Counted from the stretch's first letter, positions 53,034 through 62,116 are shown. The stretch is 64,000 nt of DNA from Alphaproteobacteria bacterium (GCA_964291285.2 OZ219786.1:1312001-1376000); one strand, 5' to 3'. Made by a program: numbers and translations. Notes: generated by a model from the sequence alone, not told the origin.

Positions 53034-53048
53034 CATTCCATGACACGG
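53019..53048 (+). repeat. Three tandem 10-bp-period CATGACA repeats overlapping the TerS-like stop codon
   Basis: CATGACAAAA CATGACATTC CATGACACGG. Confidence 0.9.
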
Positions 53049-53077
53049 CGCCAGGGAAGCGCTTTCCGAAGCACAGC

Positions 53078-53205
53078 CGTCGCCCCGGCGCGGAGCCGGG
53101 GGCCAGCCCTGACTCTCGCGGCAGCCTCGGCGGTGCCGCCCTCTTTCCACCGGCTGCGGCGGCATCTGGAGTCAGGGATGGGTCCCCGCCTTCGCGAGGA
53201 CGACG
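53078..53205. repeat. REP-like palindromic unit (CGTC-type inverted pair)
   Basis: CGTCGCCCCGGCGCGGAGCCGGGG ... CCCCGCCTTCGCGAGGACGACG enclosing a CCCTGACTC/GAGTCAGGG stem. Confidence 0.5.
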
Positions 53206-53330
53206 AAAAGGGAGCAAAGGTCCGCGCAGCCGGGTCGTCGGACGCACCGCAGACAAGCCGAAACGGAAGTCGGGCCTCCGGCGAGCTCGGGACAGGCCCC
53301 TTCGTTCCAGACCGGTCGGATTCCGCTCTA

Positions 53331-54182
53331 GGTTCAATCGACATACAGGATTCCCTGGGAAGACATTATGTGATTCATGACGCTCCAACTGATTTTCGGT
53401 TGGAGTTGGGCGTATGGTGAAGCGCTATGAGCTGACGGATGCGCAGTGGGTCCGCATCGAAGGTCTGCTTCTGGGCAAGCCGGGCGATCCGGGGCGTTCG
53501 GGAGCAGACAACCGGTTGTTCGTCAACGCGGTTCTGTGGGTGCTTCGTTCGGGCGCCCACTGGCACGACCTGCCGCCGCGCTATGGGAAGTGGAAGTCGG
53601 TGCACAAGCGTTTCACACGCTGGGCCAAAGTGGGCGTGTGGGAGAGGGTGTTCGATACCCTGACGGCGGATCGCGACAATGGCTATCTCATGCTCGACAG
53701 CACCATCGTGCGCGCGCATCAACAGGCGGCGACCGGAAAAGGGGGGGCCGGGATCAGGCTCTGGGGCGTTCCAGAGGCGGACTGACGACCAAAATACACA
53801 TCGCCTGCGACACTCTCGGACGACCGCTCCGCGTGATCCTCTCGCCCGGACAGGCCGGCGACGCGCCAAAGGCCCTGGCGTTGATGGAGGGGTTTCGGCC
53901 CCGCCATGTGCTCGCCGACGCTGCTTACGACGCCAATGCCATCCGCAACCGCATCGCCGACATCGAGGCCGAGGCCGTCATCCCCTGCAATCCAACGCGA
54001 AAGCGTCTCATCGGCTATGACGCCGAAATCTACAAACACCGAAACCGCATCGAGCGCTACTTCAACAAGATCAAACACTTCCGCCGCATCGCAACCCGAT
54101 ACGACCGAAAAGCAATATACTTCCTCGCCTTCATACACATCGCTTCTGCTATCCTCTGGATGCGATGAATGTCGATTCTGCC
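53331..54182 (+). mobile_element. IS5-family (IS427-like) insertion sequence
   Basis: IRs GGTTCAATCGACAT / ATGTCGATTCTGCC; TA duplication in a CTAG context; two-ORF transposase. Confidence 0.92.
53414..54168 (+). CDS. IS5 transposase made from two frames by -1 frameshift at AAAAGGGGGGG (53737-53747)
   Basis: LTDAQW, WHDLP.RYG.W and DSTIVRAH in frame 1; GRSRGGLTTKIH, ADAAYD, RN.IER.F and RRIATRYD in frame 2. Confidence 0.9.
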
Positions 54183-55252
54183 TAGCGGACGTAGAGGCGG
54201 ACTTCCTCCACATTCAGGTCGTTGTCCGCCCGCGTCGCGATCCTGAGCCTGGATGCCGCGACGCCCATGCGGCGCAGGCTCCGGTGGACCTTGTCGGCAT
54301 AGTCCGCGGCCGCGGCCATGCTGCCGCCGGGCGACACGCCGACGACCTCGAATGTCGTGCCGGGCCGGCGGTCGAGCACCTGCTGGACGGCGGCCGACAG
54401 GGCTTCCTCGAAAGCGACATTCGGATCGTCGAAGCGGACCACCGCCAGCGGCCGCTCCTCCGCGGCCCGCGCGGCGTAGGGACCGCTCGCCACGCCGTCC
54501 TCCAGGCTGCCGGCGTCGATCGCCTCGGCCAGAAGCGCGAGTTCGCGCCGCTCGGCCGTCACCAGCCGGCCCTGCCGCTCCGACGCGGCCGAGACCTCGT
54601 CCAGAAGCCGGGTCACGGTGACCGTCATATGCGCCGTCCTGTCGCCGATGGCGTGCAGCGCCTCGTGGTCTTCCTCCACCGCGCCCGACAGCTCGAAGGC
54701 GTTCAGCACCGAGTCGTTGAGGAATGCGGCCCTGGAATCGGCCTCGGCGGCGCGTGTCCGCAGCACGTCCCAGGCGCCGACATCGCGGTCGAGCGCCGCC
54801 AGCATCGACTGCGCGACATTCCACTCGGCCCTCAGTCTCGGATTGGCGCGGGTCGTGCCGATCTTGAGGCGCGCCTCGATGGCGCCGACGCGCTGATGAT
54901 AGGTCGCGGCGCGCTGGCGGGCGCCGTCCCGGAGGCCCGCATGCGCCTTCTCCAGCCCGTCGATCACCTCGGCGAGCGCATCCGCCTCGCCGGCAAGCTG
55001 GCGGACCTTGCTGACGACGAAGCTCTCCCCGCCCTGTCGCGACGCGGGCGCCGCGGCCGCCTGCCGGGCCACCGGAGCCGGCGCCTCGCGGACGGCGGGT
55101 GCCGCCGGAGCCGGCGCTTCGCGGACGGCGGACGCCGGCGGAGCGGCGACGCGGGTCGAGTCGGGCGGCAGGCCGGCATCCGGGTTAACGCAACCTGCAA
55201 TGCCCAGAAGCCCGCCTAAAAGGAGGGCGCTCGCGCTCGTCCGTTTACGCAT
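54182..55252 (-). CDS. Putative lipoprotein (coiled-coil, hypothetical)
   Basis: Basic N-terminus, hydrophobic stretch and lipobox IAGC; Pro/Ala linker with a 33-bp duplication (55072-55131). Confidence 0.75.
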   Translation of the reverse strand: MRKRTSASALLLGGLLGIAGCVNPDAGLPPDSTRVAAPPASAVREAPAPAAPAVREAPAPVARQAAAAPASRQGGESFVVSKVRQLAGEADALAEVIDGLEKAHAGLRDGARQRAATYHQRVGAIEARLKIGTTRANPRLRAEWNVAQSMLAALDRDVGAWDVLRTRAAEADSRAAFLNDSVLNAFELSGAVEEDHEALHAIGDRTAHMTVTVTRLLDEVSAASERQGRLVTAERRELALLAEAIDAGSLEDGVASGPYAARAAEERPLAVVRFDDPNVAFEEALSAAVQQVLDRRPGTTFEVVGVSPGGSMAAAADYADKVHRSLRRMGVAASRLRIATRADNDLNVEEVRLYVR

Positions 55253-55363
55253 AATGTTCCGCCTGAAACGCCACCGGTTTTCCGCCCTTTGCCAGACAGT
55301 AGCGTGTTATTGCAGCTTCTGCCAATGACTTATCCAAAGGCGGGGAACGGTTCGCGGCAATGC

Positions 55364-55392
55364 TTGCGCGGACGCCGGGCCGGGGCTAAATT
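55364..55392 (+). promoter_or_regulatory. Putative sigma70 promoter of tRNA-Arg
   Basis: TTGCGC-17bp-TAAATT, ending 16 bp before the tRNA. Confidence 0.55.
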
Positions 55393-55408
55393 CGCCCTCT
55401 CGTCAACG

Positions 55409-55485
<77 letters not shown>

Positions 55486-55567
55486 GATTTCCATTTCATG
55501 CGAGGATACCGCCCGCGGCGCGCATGGCGACGGCCGCTCCCGGGGCGGGCGGGCCGAGCGAGGCGGG

Positions 55568-57187
55568 ATGAGCGGAACAGATCTTGATGTCGCGATCGTC
55601 GGCGCGGGGGTCGGCGGCCTTTATGCGATCCACCGGCTGCGGAAGTCCGGGTTCCGGGTGCGCGCCTTCGAGGCTGCGGACGGCATCGGCGGCACCTGGT
55701 ACTGGAACCGCTACCCCGGCTGCCGCTGCGACGTCGAGAGCATGGAATACTCCTATTCGTTCTCGGAAGACCTGCAGCAGGACTGGCGCTGGCCCGAGCG
55801 TTACGGGACCCAGCCGGCGATCCTCTCCTATGTGAACCATGTCGCCGACCGGTTCGACCTCCGCCGGGATGTCGAGCTGAACACGCGCATCCGCTCGGCC
55901 CGTTTCGACAGCGAGGCCGGCCTCTGGACGCTGGAAGCGGAGAACACGGAGACCGGCGCCGTCCGGTCCGTGCAGGCGCCCCACTGCATCATGGCGACGG
56001 GCAACCTCTCGACGCCGCGCACCCCCGGCTATCCGGGGCTGGAGCGCTTCCGGGGCCGCTGGTACCACACCGGCCTCTGGCCGCATGACGGCGTGGACTT
56101 CACCGGGCAGAGGGTCGGCATTATCGGCACGGGTTCGTCCGGTGTGCAGTCGATCCCCCATATCGCGCGCGAGGCGAAGCATCTGCACGTCTTCCAGCGC
56201 ACCGCCAATTTCAGCCTGCCGGCCCGCAACGAGCCGATGCCCGAGGAAAAGGAAAACCGCCACAAGGCCGAATATGCCGAGCGCCGCCGCGCCGCCTATA
56301 CGACGCCCTTCGGCATCGCCGGCTACCCGCCGCCCGGCAGATCGGCGCTCGACGTCCCCGAGGACGAGCGCAACCGCATCTACGAGGCCAAGTGGCAGGA
56401 GGGCGGCAGCATCAGCTTCCTCTATTCCTTCAACGACCTCCTGGTGAACCGGGAAGCGAACGAGACCGCCTGCGAGTTCGTGCGCCAGAAGATCCGCCGG
56501 ACGGTGAAGGACCCGGAGACGGCCGAGCTGCTCTGCCCCAACGACCACCCGATCGGCACCAAGCGGCTGATCCTCGACACGAACTATTACGAGACCTACA
56601 ACCGCGACAACGTGACGCTCGTGGATGTCCGCAGCGCGCCGATTCGGGAAATCCTGCCGGACGGGCTCAGGACGGACGAGGCCAGCTACGAGCTCGACGC
56701 CATCGTCTTCGCCACCGGCTTCGACGCGATGACCGGGGCGATGAAGGAGATCGACATCCGCACCGACCGGGGCGCGGTCATCGGCGAGAAATGGGCGGAC
56801 GGGCCGCAGACCTATCTCGGCATCATGATGGCGGGCTTCCCCAACCTCTTCATGGTCACCGGCCCGCAGAGCCCCGGCGTGAAGAGCCAGATGATCCTGT
56901 CCTGCGAGCAGCATGTGGACTGGATCGCGAACTGCCTGGAGCATCTGCGCGCCGAGGGGCTCGGCCGCATCGAGCCGGAGGAGGCCGCCGAGCGGGCCTG
57001 GGTGCGGCACAATAACGAGGTTGCGGACTCGACGCTCTACCCGCTCGCCAACTCCTGGTATGTCGGCGCCAACATCCCCGGCAAGCCGCGCATCTTCATG
57101 CCCTATGTCGGCGGGGTGGACCGCTACAAGCAGCGTTGCGACAAGGTGGCCGCGAACGGCTATGAGGGCTTCCGGACCGCCGGATAG
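55568..57187 (+). CDS. Baeyer-Villiger monooxygenase (cyclohexanone monooxygenase family)
   Basis: GAGVGG, GGTWYWNRYPG, FxGxxxHxxxW (FRGRWYHTGLWP), GTGSSG and ATGF. Confidence 0.95.
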   Translation: MSGTDLDVAIVGAGVGGLYAIHRLRKSGFRVRAFEAADGIGGTWYWNRYPGCRCDVESMEYSYSFSEDLQQDWRWPERYGTQPAILSYVNHVADRFDLRRDVELNTRIRSARFDSEAGLWTLEAENTETGAVRSVQAPHCIMATGNLSTPRTPGYPGLERFRGRWYHTGLWPHDGVDFTGQRVGIIGTGSSGVQSIPHIAREAKHLHVFQRTANFSLPARNEPMPEEKENRHKAEYAERRRAAYTTPFGIAGYPPPGRSALDVPEDERNRIYEAKWQEGGSISFLYSFNDLLVNREANETACEFVRQKIRRTVKDPETAELLCPNDHPIGTKRLILDTNYYETYNRDNVTLVDVRSAPIREILPDGLRTDEASYELDAIVFATGFDAMTGAMKEIDIRTDRGAVIGEKWADGPQTYLGIMMAGFPNLFMVTGPQSPGVKSQMILSCEQHVDWIANCLEHLRAEGLGRIEPEEAAERAWVRHNNEVADSTLYPLANSWYVGANIPGKPRIFMPYVGGVDRYKQRCDKVAANGYEGFRTAG

Positions 57188-57196
57188 GCCGCAGCC

Positions 57197-57561
57197 CTAC
57201 CAGGTCTCGCCGAAGGGGCGCAGCTCGACCCGGAAGGACCAGGCGGAGCGGTCCTGGTGGGCAACGCGGTAGATTTCCTCCGCGATCGCCGGGGGCTTGG
57301 CGAAGAAGTCGTCCGGCCTGCCCGGCGCGCGTCCATCTCCGCCTTCACGCGCGAGACGGTCTCGACCAGGGCGTCGAGGTCGGCGACGTCGCACCCGTAG
57401 GCGCGGCAGTCCCCGTATTTGCCGGCGAGCGCGGCCAGATTGTCCGCATTGCGGGCCAGCATGGCGACCCGGTAGCCGGCCTCGCTGAAGCGCCTCGCGG
57501 TCTCTGCGCCGGTGCCGCCTTCGGGCCCGACGCCGGTGACGAGGCAGACAGGCTTGCTCAA
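57197..57561 (-). pseudogene. Short-chain dehydrogenase pseudogene with a large internal out-of-frame deletion
   Basis: N-terminal VCLVTGVGP.GGTG...CDVAD is joined in another frame to C-terminal DDFF.KP..IA......Q.RSAWSF..ELRP; the catalytic middle is missing. Confidence 0.8.
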
Positions 57562-57571
57562 CGCCGCCTCC

Positions 57572-58204
57572 CTAGAGTTGGAAGGCCGGCCGCGCCGATA
57601 CCTTCCGGAACCAGGCGTGGATGGCGGGCCAGGACGCGCCGATATCCATCTCCAGCGCATAGGCCATGCGGAGCGTGAAGAAGCCGGTAATGTCGGCGAC
57701 GGTGAAGTCCGGCCCGGCGACGAATTCGTTCCTCGCCATATGCGGCTCGGCGCGGTCGAAGAGCACGCCGGCCATCTCCCTGCCCCGGCCGACCATGGCC
57801 TCCGACTGCGGGAGGTCCGTGCGGGTGCCCGGCACGACCTTGCCGGCGAAGTTCGGCAGCCGGTTGCGCAGCGCGTGCAGGAGCGGGATGAAGGCGTCCA
57901 GCTCGAAGCGCCGCATCCACATGTCGATAACGGCGCGCTCGGCCGGCGTGCGTCCGAACAGCGGCGGCTCCGGGTGCAGCTCTTCCAGATAGCTGCAGAT
58001 CGACATGGATTCGGCGATCACCGTGCCGTCGTCCAGCGCCAGGAACGGCACGCAGTGGAAGGGGTTCATCGAGGTGAAGGGCTCGGCGAACTGCTCGTCC
58101 TCGCGCACGTTCAACTGCTCGGTCGGCAGCTCCAGCCCCTTCTCGGCCAGATAGACGCGGACGCGCTGGGAGCTGGGCGCCGGCGTGAAATCGTAGAACT
58201 TCAT
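57572..58204 (-). CDS. Glutathione S-transferase family protein
   Basis: RVRVYLAEKG, NP...VP.L.LDDG..IAES and FTVADIT. Confidence 0.93.
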   Translation of the reverse strand: MKFYDFTPAPSSQRVRVYLAEKGLELPTEQLNVREDEQFAEPFTSMNPFHCVPFLALDDGTVIAESMSICSYLEELHPEPPLFGRTPAERAVIDMWMRRFELDAFIPLLHALRNRLPNFAGKVVPGTRTDLPQSEAMVGRGREMAGVLFDRAEPHMARNEFVAGPDFTVADITGFFTLRMAYALEMDIGASWPAIHAWFRKVSARPAFQL

Positions 58205-58287
58205 GGGTCGTTTCCTCTTGCCCCGGCGGCTAAACCATAGACGAGCCGGGTCCCGCCTCCAAACCGCGCCCCGGCTCCGAAGCGCCC

Positions 58288-58392
58288 TCAGGGCTCCCCC
58301 ACCCTGACAGGCGCATCCCCCGCCGCCTCGATGAAGCGCCGGTCGAAAGTCAGCATGGCCTCGCAATCCCCTGCGGCGCCGAGATGCAGCGC
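58288..58392 (-). pseudogene. C-terminal remnant of a PIN-domain (VapC-like) toxin
   Basis: Hand translation ALHLGAAGDCEAMLTFDRRFIEAAGDAPVRVGEP* resembles the PIN C-terminus; no N-terminal half. Confidence 0.55.
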
Positions 58393-58405
58393 AAAGGCCC
58401 TGCCG

Positions 58406-59353
58406 TTACTCCGCCGCCAGGTCCTTCTGGTCGTCCGCGTTGTAGTTGGCGTCGTACCACCAGGCGAGGTGGTCCTCGTAGATGACGGGCGGCCAGCGGG
58501 GCGGGTTGTCCGGGCCGGTGCAGGTCGGCGCGCAGCGGATTTCGGCGTCGAGGTTCGGGCCGAAGAAATAGGGGATGGCGTAGCGGTGCCGGTCCTGAGG
58601 CGGCTGGGCGCGGTGCGGGGTGGACTGGTAGCGCCCGTTGGTCCAGCGGTGCAGCATGTCGCCCGTGTTGACGACGAAGCTGTCCTCGACGAACGGCACG
58701 TCCTCCCAGTCTCCGCCCTCCGGCCGGATCTGCAGGCCCGGCACGTCCGACTGCGCGAGGAAGGTGAGGAAGTTGGTGTCGGTGTGCGGCGCGATGCCGT
58801 AAAGGCCCGGCTCGCGCGCGGCGGGCGGGTAGTGCGAGAGCCGGAAGGAGAACTGGCTGCGGGTGAAATGCGGGTCGAACCAGTCCTCCGGCAGGCCGAG
58901 GGAGAGCGAGAGCGCCGGCAGCACGCCGAGCGCCAGCCGGTCGATCGTCCCGCAATAGTCGAGCACCGTCTCGCGGAAGCCCGGCAGGTTCTCCGGCCAG
59001 CGGTTCGGACCGGCGAAGCGCCGCCCGGCGAGCGGGTCGTCGGGCCCGCGCTCGCGCTTGATGAAGAAGGCCTCGTTCATGTCCGGTTTGGCTTCCGCCT
59101 CGCTCACGCGCGAGGTGCGCACATTGTAGCGCGCCATTGCCATGTAGCCGTTATTGTGCTCGTTCATCAGCACGGCGTGCTTGGCTTCGTCCGGCTGGGC
59201 GTGGAAGCGCCGGGCCTCCGCGAACATGGCGGCGATCTTCTCCTGCGGCACGCCGTGGTTCACGACGATGAAGAAGCCCACATGCTCCAGCGTGGCGGCG
59301 AGCGCGTCGGCGACTTCCTCCCGGCTCCGGGACAGGTCGATCAACGGAATCAT
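58406..59353 (-). CDS. Isopenicillin N synthase-family 2OG-Fe(II) oxygenase
   Basis: IPLIDL, GFFIVVNHG, HTD, NTGDML..WTNG...STPHR and RYAIP.F. Confidence 0.93.
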   Translation of the reverse strand: MIPLIDLSRSREEVADALAATLEHVGFFIVVNHGVPQEKIAAMFAEARRFHAQPDEAKHAVLMNEHNNGYMAMARYNVRTSRVSEAEAKPDMNEAFFIKRERGPDDPLAGRRFAGPNRWPENLPGFRETVLDYCGTIDRLALGVLPALSLSLGLPEDWFDPHFTRSQFSFRLSHYPPAAREPGLYGIAPHTDTNFLTFLAQSDVPGLQIRPEGGDWEDVPFVEDSFVVNTGDMLHRWTNGRYQSTPHRAQPPQDRHRYAIPYFFGPNLDAEIRCAPTCTGPDNPPRWPPVIYEDHLAWWYDANYNADDQKDLAAE

Positions 59354-59383
59354 GGCGCCGTCTCCCTCCGTTGCTCCCCCAGT

Positions 59384-60775
59384 CTAGCCGATTACGACCG
59401 GCTCGACCGCCTCCAGCAGCCAGCGGGCGAAGCCGGTCATGCGCGCGTCCGCGCCGAAGGCCCCCATCACCTGCGCGCCGACCGGCAGGCCGCCCACCGC
59501 CATCAGCGGCATGGAGACCGCAGGCGCGAACAGGATCGAGGCGGGCGTGTTGAACACCGCATCGCCCGTCGGTCTGGCCAGCGGCGGCTCGCCCGGCCTG
59601 TCGCCGGCCCACACATGCGCCGGGCCCGGGCAGCTCAGCATCAGCGCGCCGTCTACCGCCTCCAGCGCGCGGGCCCACGCCGCCTGCGCCGCCTCGCGCC
59701 CGTCGAGCGCGGCATGGTAGTCCGCCACGCTCATCGCCTCGGCGGCCTCCAGCGACTGGCGGGCGCGGAAGCTGATCGCGTCCGGGCCCATGTCCGCGAG
59801 CGCCCGGTGCAGCCAGCGGTTTTCCCAGCCGATGATCGCGTAGCAGATGGCCGACGCCCGCATGAGTTCCGCGTCGAGGGCCGCCAGCAAAGGGTCGTCC
59901 GCCGGGCGCAGCACCGTCACGCCCGCCGCCACCACGGCTTCCAGCAGGCGGCCGAACGCCTCTTTGGCCGCATCGTCGAGCATGGGCCAGCCCGTGCCCT
60001 CGATAGCCAGCAGGCGGCGCGGCTTTTCGGCCGGCGGCGGGTCGGACGGGCCGGCGAGGCCGCGATGGCCGGGGTCGCCGCCCGCGCGCTTCGCGATCTC
60101 GGCCGCCATCCGCCACATGTCCTCAATGGAATTGGCGTGGACGCCGTTGACGCTCTGGCTGCTCGCCTGGCGCTCGCCGCGGTTGATCGCGCCCTTGCTC
60201 GGCTTCAGCGCGATGTTGCCGCAATAGCCCGCCGGGCGGACGATGGAGCCGCCCACCTGGCTGCCGATGGCGGCCGGCAGCATCCCCGCCGCCACCGCCG
60301 CCGCCGAGCCCGAGGAGGAGCCGCCGGGCGTGCGCGCCGGGTCGAAGGGGTTGGTCGTCGGGCCCGGATGCGCGCCGCCGAGCTCCGAGGTCACGGTCTT
60401 GGCGAGCACGACCGCGCCGGCCTCGCGCAAGGCCGCCACCGCCGCATTGTCGCGCTTGGGGAAATTGCCCCGGTAGGCTTCGCAGCCCATCTGGGTCGGC
60501 ATGGTGCGCGTTTCCAGCAGGTCCTTGATGCCGACCGGCATCCCGTCAACGGGCGAGAGGGCCCGGCCCGCCCGCCAGCGTGCGGCGCTCGCATCCGCCG
60601 CCTCGCGCGCGCCCTCGATGTCGGTCGCAACCAGCGCCTGCACCGCCGGCTCCCGCGCCTCGACGGTTTCGAGGCAACGCTCCAGGTAGGCGCGCGGCGT
60701 ATCGCTGCCGTCGCGGAAGCCGGGCAGCGCGTCGTGGAAGGTGAGGCCGCGGAAGGTCTTCGGATCGTATCGCAT
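59384..60775 (-). CDS. Amidase signature family protein
   Basis: GMPVGIKD, TPGGSSSGSAAAVA and GSQVGGSIVRPA. Confidence 0.92.
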   Translation of the reverse strand: MRYDPKTFRGLTFHDALPGFRDGSDTPRAYLERCLETVEAREPAVQALVATDIEGAREAADASAARWRAGRALSPVDGMPVGIKDLLETRTMPTQMGCEAYRGNFPKRDNAAVAALREAGAVVLAKTVTSELGGAHPGPTTNPFDPARTPGGSSSGSAAAVAAGMLPAAIGSQVGGSIVRPAGYCGNIALKPSKGAINRGERQASSQSVNGVHANSIEDMWRMAAEIAKRAGGDPGHRGLAGPSDPPPAEKPRRLLAIEGTGWPMLDDAAKEAFGRLLEAVVAAGVTVLRPADDPLLAALDAELMRASAICYAIIGWENRWLHRALADMGPDAISFRARQSLEAAEAMSVADYHAALDGREAAQAAWARALEAVDGALMLSCPGPAHVWAGDRPGEPPLARPTGDAVFNTPASILFAPAVSMPLMAVGGLPVGAQVMGAFGADARMTGFARWLLEAVEPVVIG

Positions 60776-60916
60776 GGCGCGAGCCTAGCCCGGTTGCCTC
60801 CCGCTTGTCATGGCCGGCTCCCGCATTGCGCCCCGGCCCCCTGTATCGGGGACGCCGATGCCGCTAGGCTTCGGCCTTGCCCGGCGCGCCGGCCCCTGCC
60901 GGGCGGAGGACACGCC

Positions 60917-62089
60917 ATGCCGCGTTTCCGGACGGTCTGCCTTGCGCTCCTTCTGGTCCTGCCCGCTGCGGCCGACGGGAAGGACCTGAAGCCGAAACTC
61001 GGGGATATCGGCGGGGCCTTCTATGCGGAGGTGTCGGAGAGCCGCGGGGTCTGCCGGAGCGCGGTCGAGGGCAGGATCGCGCTCTGCCGTCTGAACACGG
61101 GCTTCGAGGACGAGGCCGGGAACCGGGAATACGCAAGCTGCCTGCCGGTCTTCGAATGGCAGGCCGAGAGCTGCGCCGCCCATTTCCGGCGCCAGGCCGG
61201 CAAGTGCGAGGGCCGGGGCCCGGCGCGCATCGACGGCTTCGCCCGCTTCGGCTGCACGGTGGCGGCGAAGGCCGGGGAGGAGAGCGGCGGGCCGGTCGTC
61301 GCGCCGGTCGACCGGGCGATGCAGGCGCGGGTGCGGACCGGTATCCGCAGCGGGCCCGGACCCGGCCACGCCAGGACCGGGGTGCTGGAAGCCGGCCGGG
61401 AGGTGCGGGTGACGGGCGAGGCCGGGGCGTGGCTCAGGATCGAGGCGCCCGGCGGCGGCGCGGCCTTCGTCCACGGCTCGCGGCTCGTCCCGCCCGGCCC
61501 GAAAGAGCGGGACCCGGCCGCCGGCCTCGCGCCGACATGCGTGGGCATGAGCCCGGGCGCGGCCTGCTGGCACGAACTCGCCGACCCGCCGGGCTGCCGC
61601 TTCTGGTACGACTACTACAATCCCGGGTTGAGCTGGGCCTGGTCGGGCGCGTGCAGGGCCGGCGTCGCCGAGGGGCAGGGCGCGCTGGCGGCGGCGTCCG
61701 CCGGCGGGTCGGTCCACCTCATCGGCGCGTTCGGCGGCGGCAGGATGCAGGGCCTGTGGGTCGTCCGCTACGCCGACGGCAGGATCGACCGCGGCCCCTA
61801 CCTGGACGGCAGGCGGCACGGCCGCTGGGTGGACCGCTACGCCGACGGCAGGGTCGATGAAGGCGCCTACGCGCACGGCAGGAAGCACGGCCGCTGGGTG
61901 GATCGCTACGCCAGCGGCAACCGCCTCGAATACGAATATCGCGACGGCTCGGTGGACGGGCTGCCGGGGGTCTATATCGCCGCGGACGGGGAACGCCGTC
62001 CGGGGCGCTGGTCCGGCAACTGCTTCCTGGACGGCGAAGGCCGTCTGCTGGTCCAGCGCGGCGGCGGGGAGACATGCCCGCCGGGATAG
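60917..62089 (+). CDS. Secreted Cys-rich protein with an SH3b-like domain and MORN-like repeats
   Basis: Signal peptide after a GGAGG RBS; IRSGPG...G.L..G..V.V.G..G.W..I (SH3b); WSGAC..G.A.G.G; three 23-aa repeats at 61757-61963. Confidence 0.8.
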   Translation: MPRFRTVCLALLLVLPAAADGKDLKPKLGDIGGAFYAEVSESRGVCRSAVEGRIALCRLNTGFEDEAGNREYASCLPVFEWQAESCAAHFRRQAGKCEGRGPARIDGFARFGCTVAAKAGEESGGPVVAPVDRAMQARVRTGIRSGPGPGHARTGVLEAGREVRVTGEAGAWLRIEAPGGGAAFVHGSRLVPPGPKERDPAAGLAPTCVGMSPGAACWHELADPPGCRFWYDYYNPGLSWAWSGACRAGVAEGQGALAAASAGGSVHLIGAFGGGRMQGLWVVRYADGRIDRGPYLDGRRHGRWVDRYADGRVDEGAYAHGRKHGRWVDRYASGNRLEYEYRDGSVDGLPGVYIAADGERRPGRWSGNCFLDGEGRLLVQRGGGETCPPG

Positions 62090-62116
62090 CGGAAGGCGCT
62101 CCGGTTCGCGCGAACG

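Larger units (their letters stand above)
51730..53048 (+). repeat. Dispersed element copy 2 (long, carrying a TerS-like gene)
   Basis: Same ordered motifs as 3292-3725, including the identical 36-bp core at 51903-51938 and the terminal CATGACA x3. Confidence 0.8.

Noticed and set aside
51600-54200. Prophage or PICI around the TerS-like gene
   Set aside because: No integrase, large terminase, portal, capsid, primase or att duplication is visible.
58331-60916. Apparent 1252-aa ORF 58331-62089
   Set aside because: The first ~860 aa are antisense to the oxygenase and amidase; the real gene starts at ATG 60917 after an RBS.
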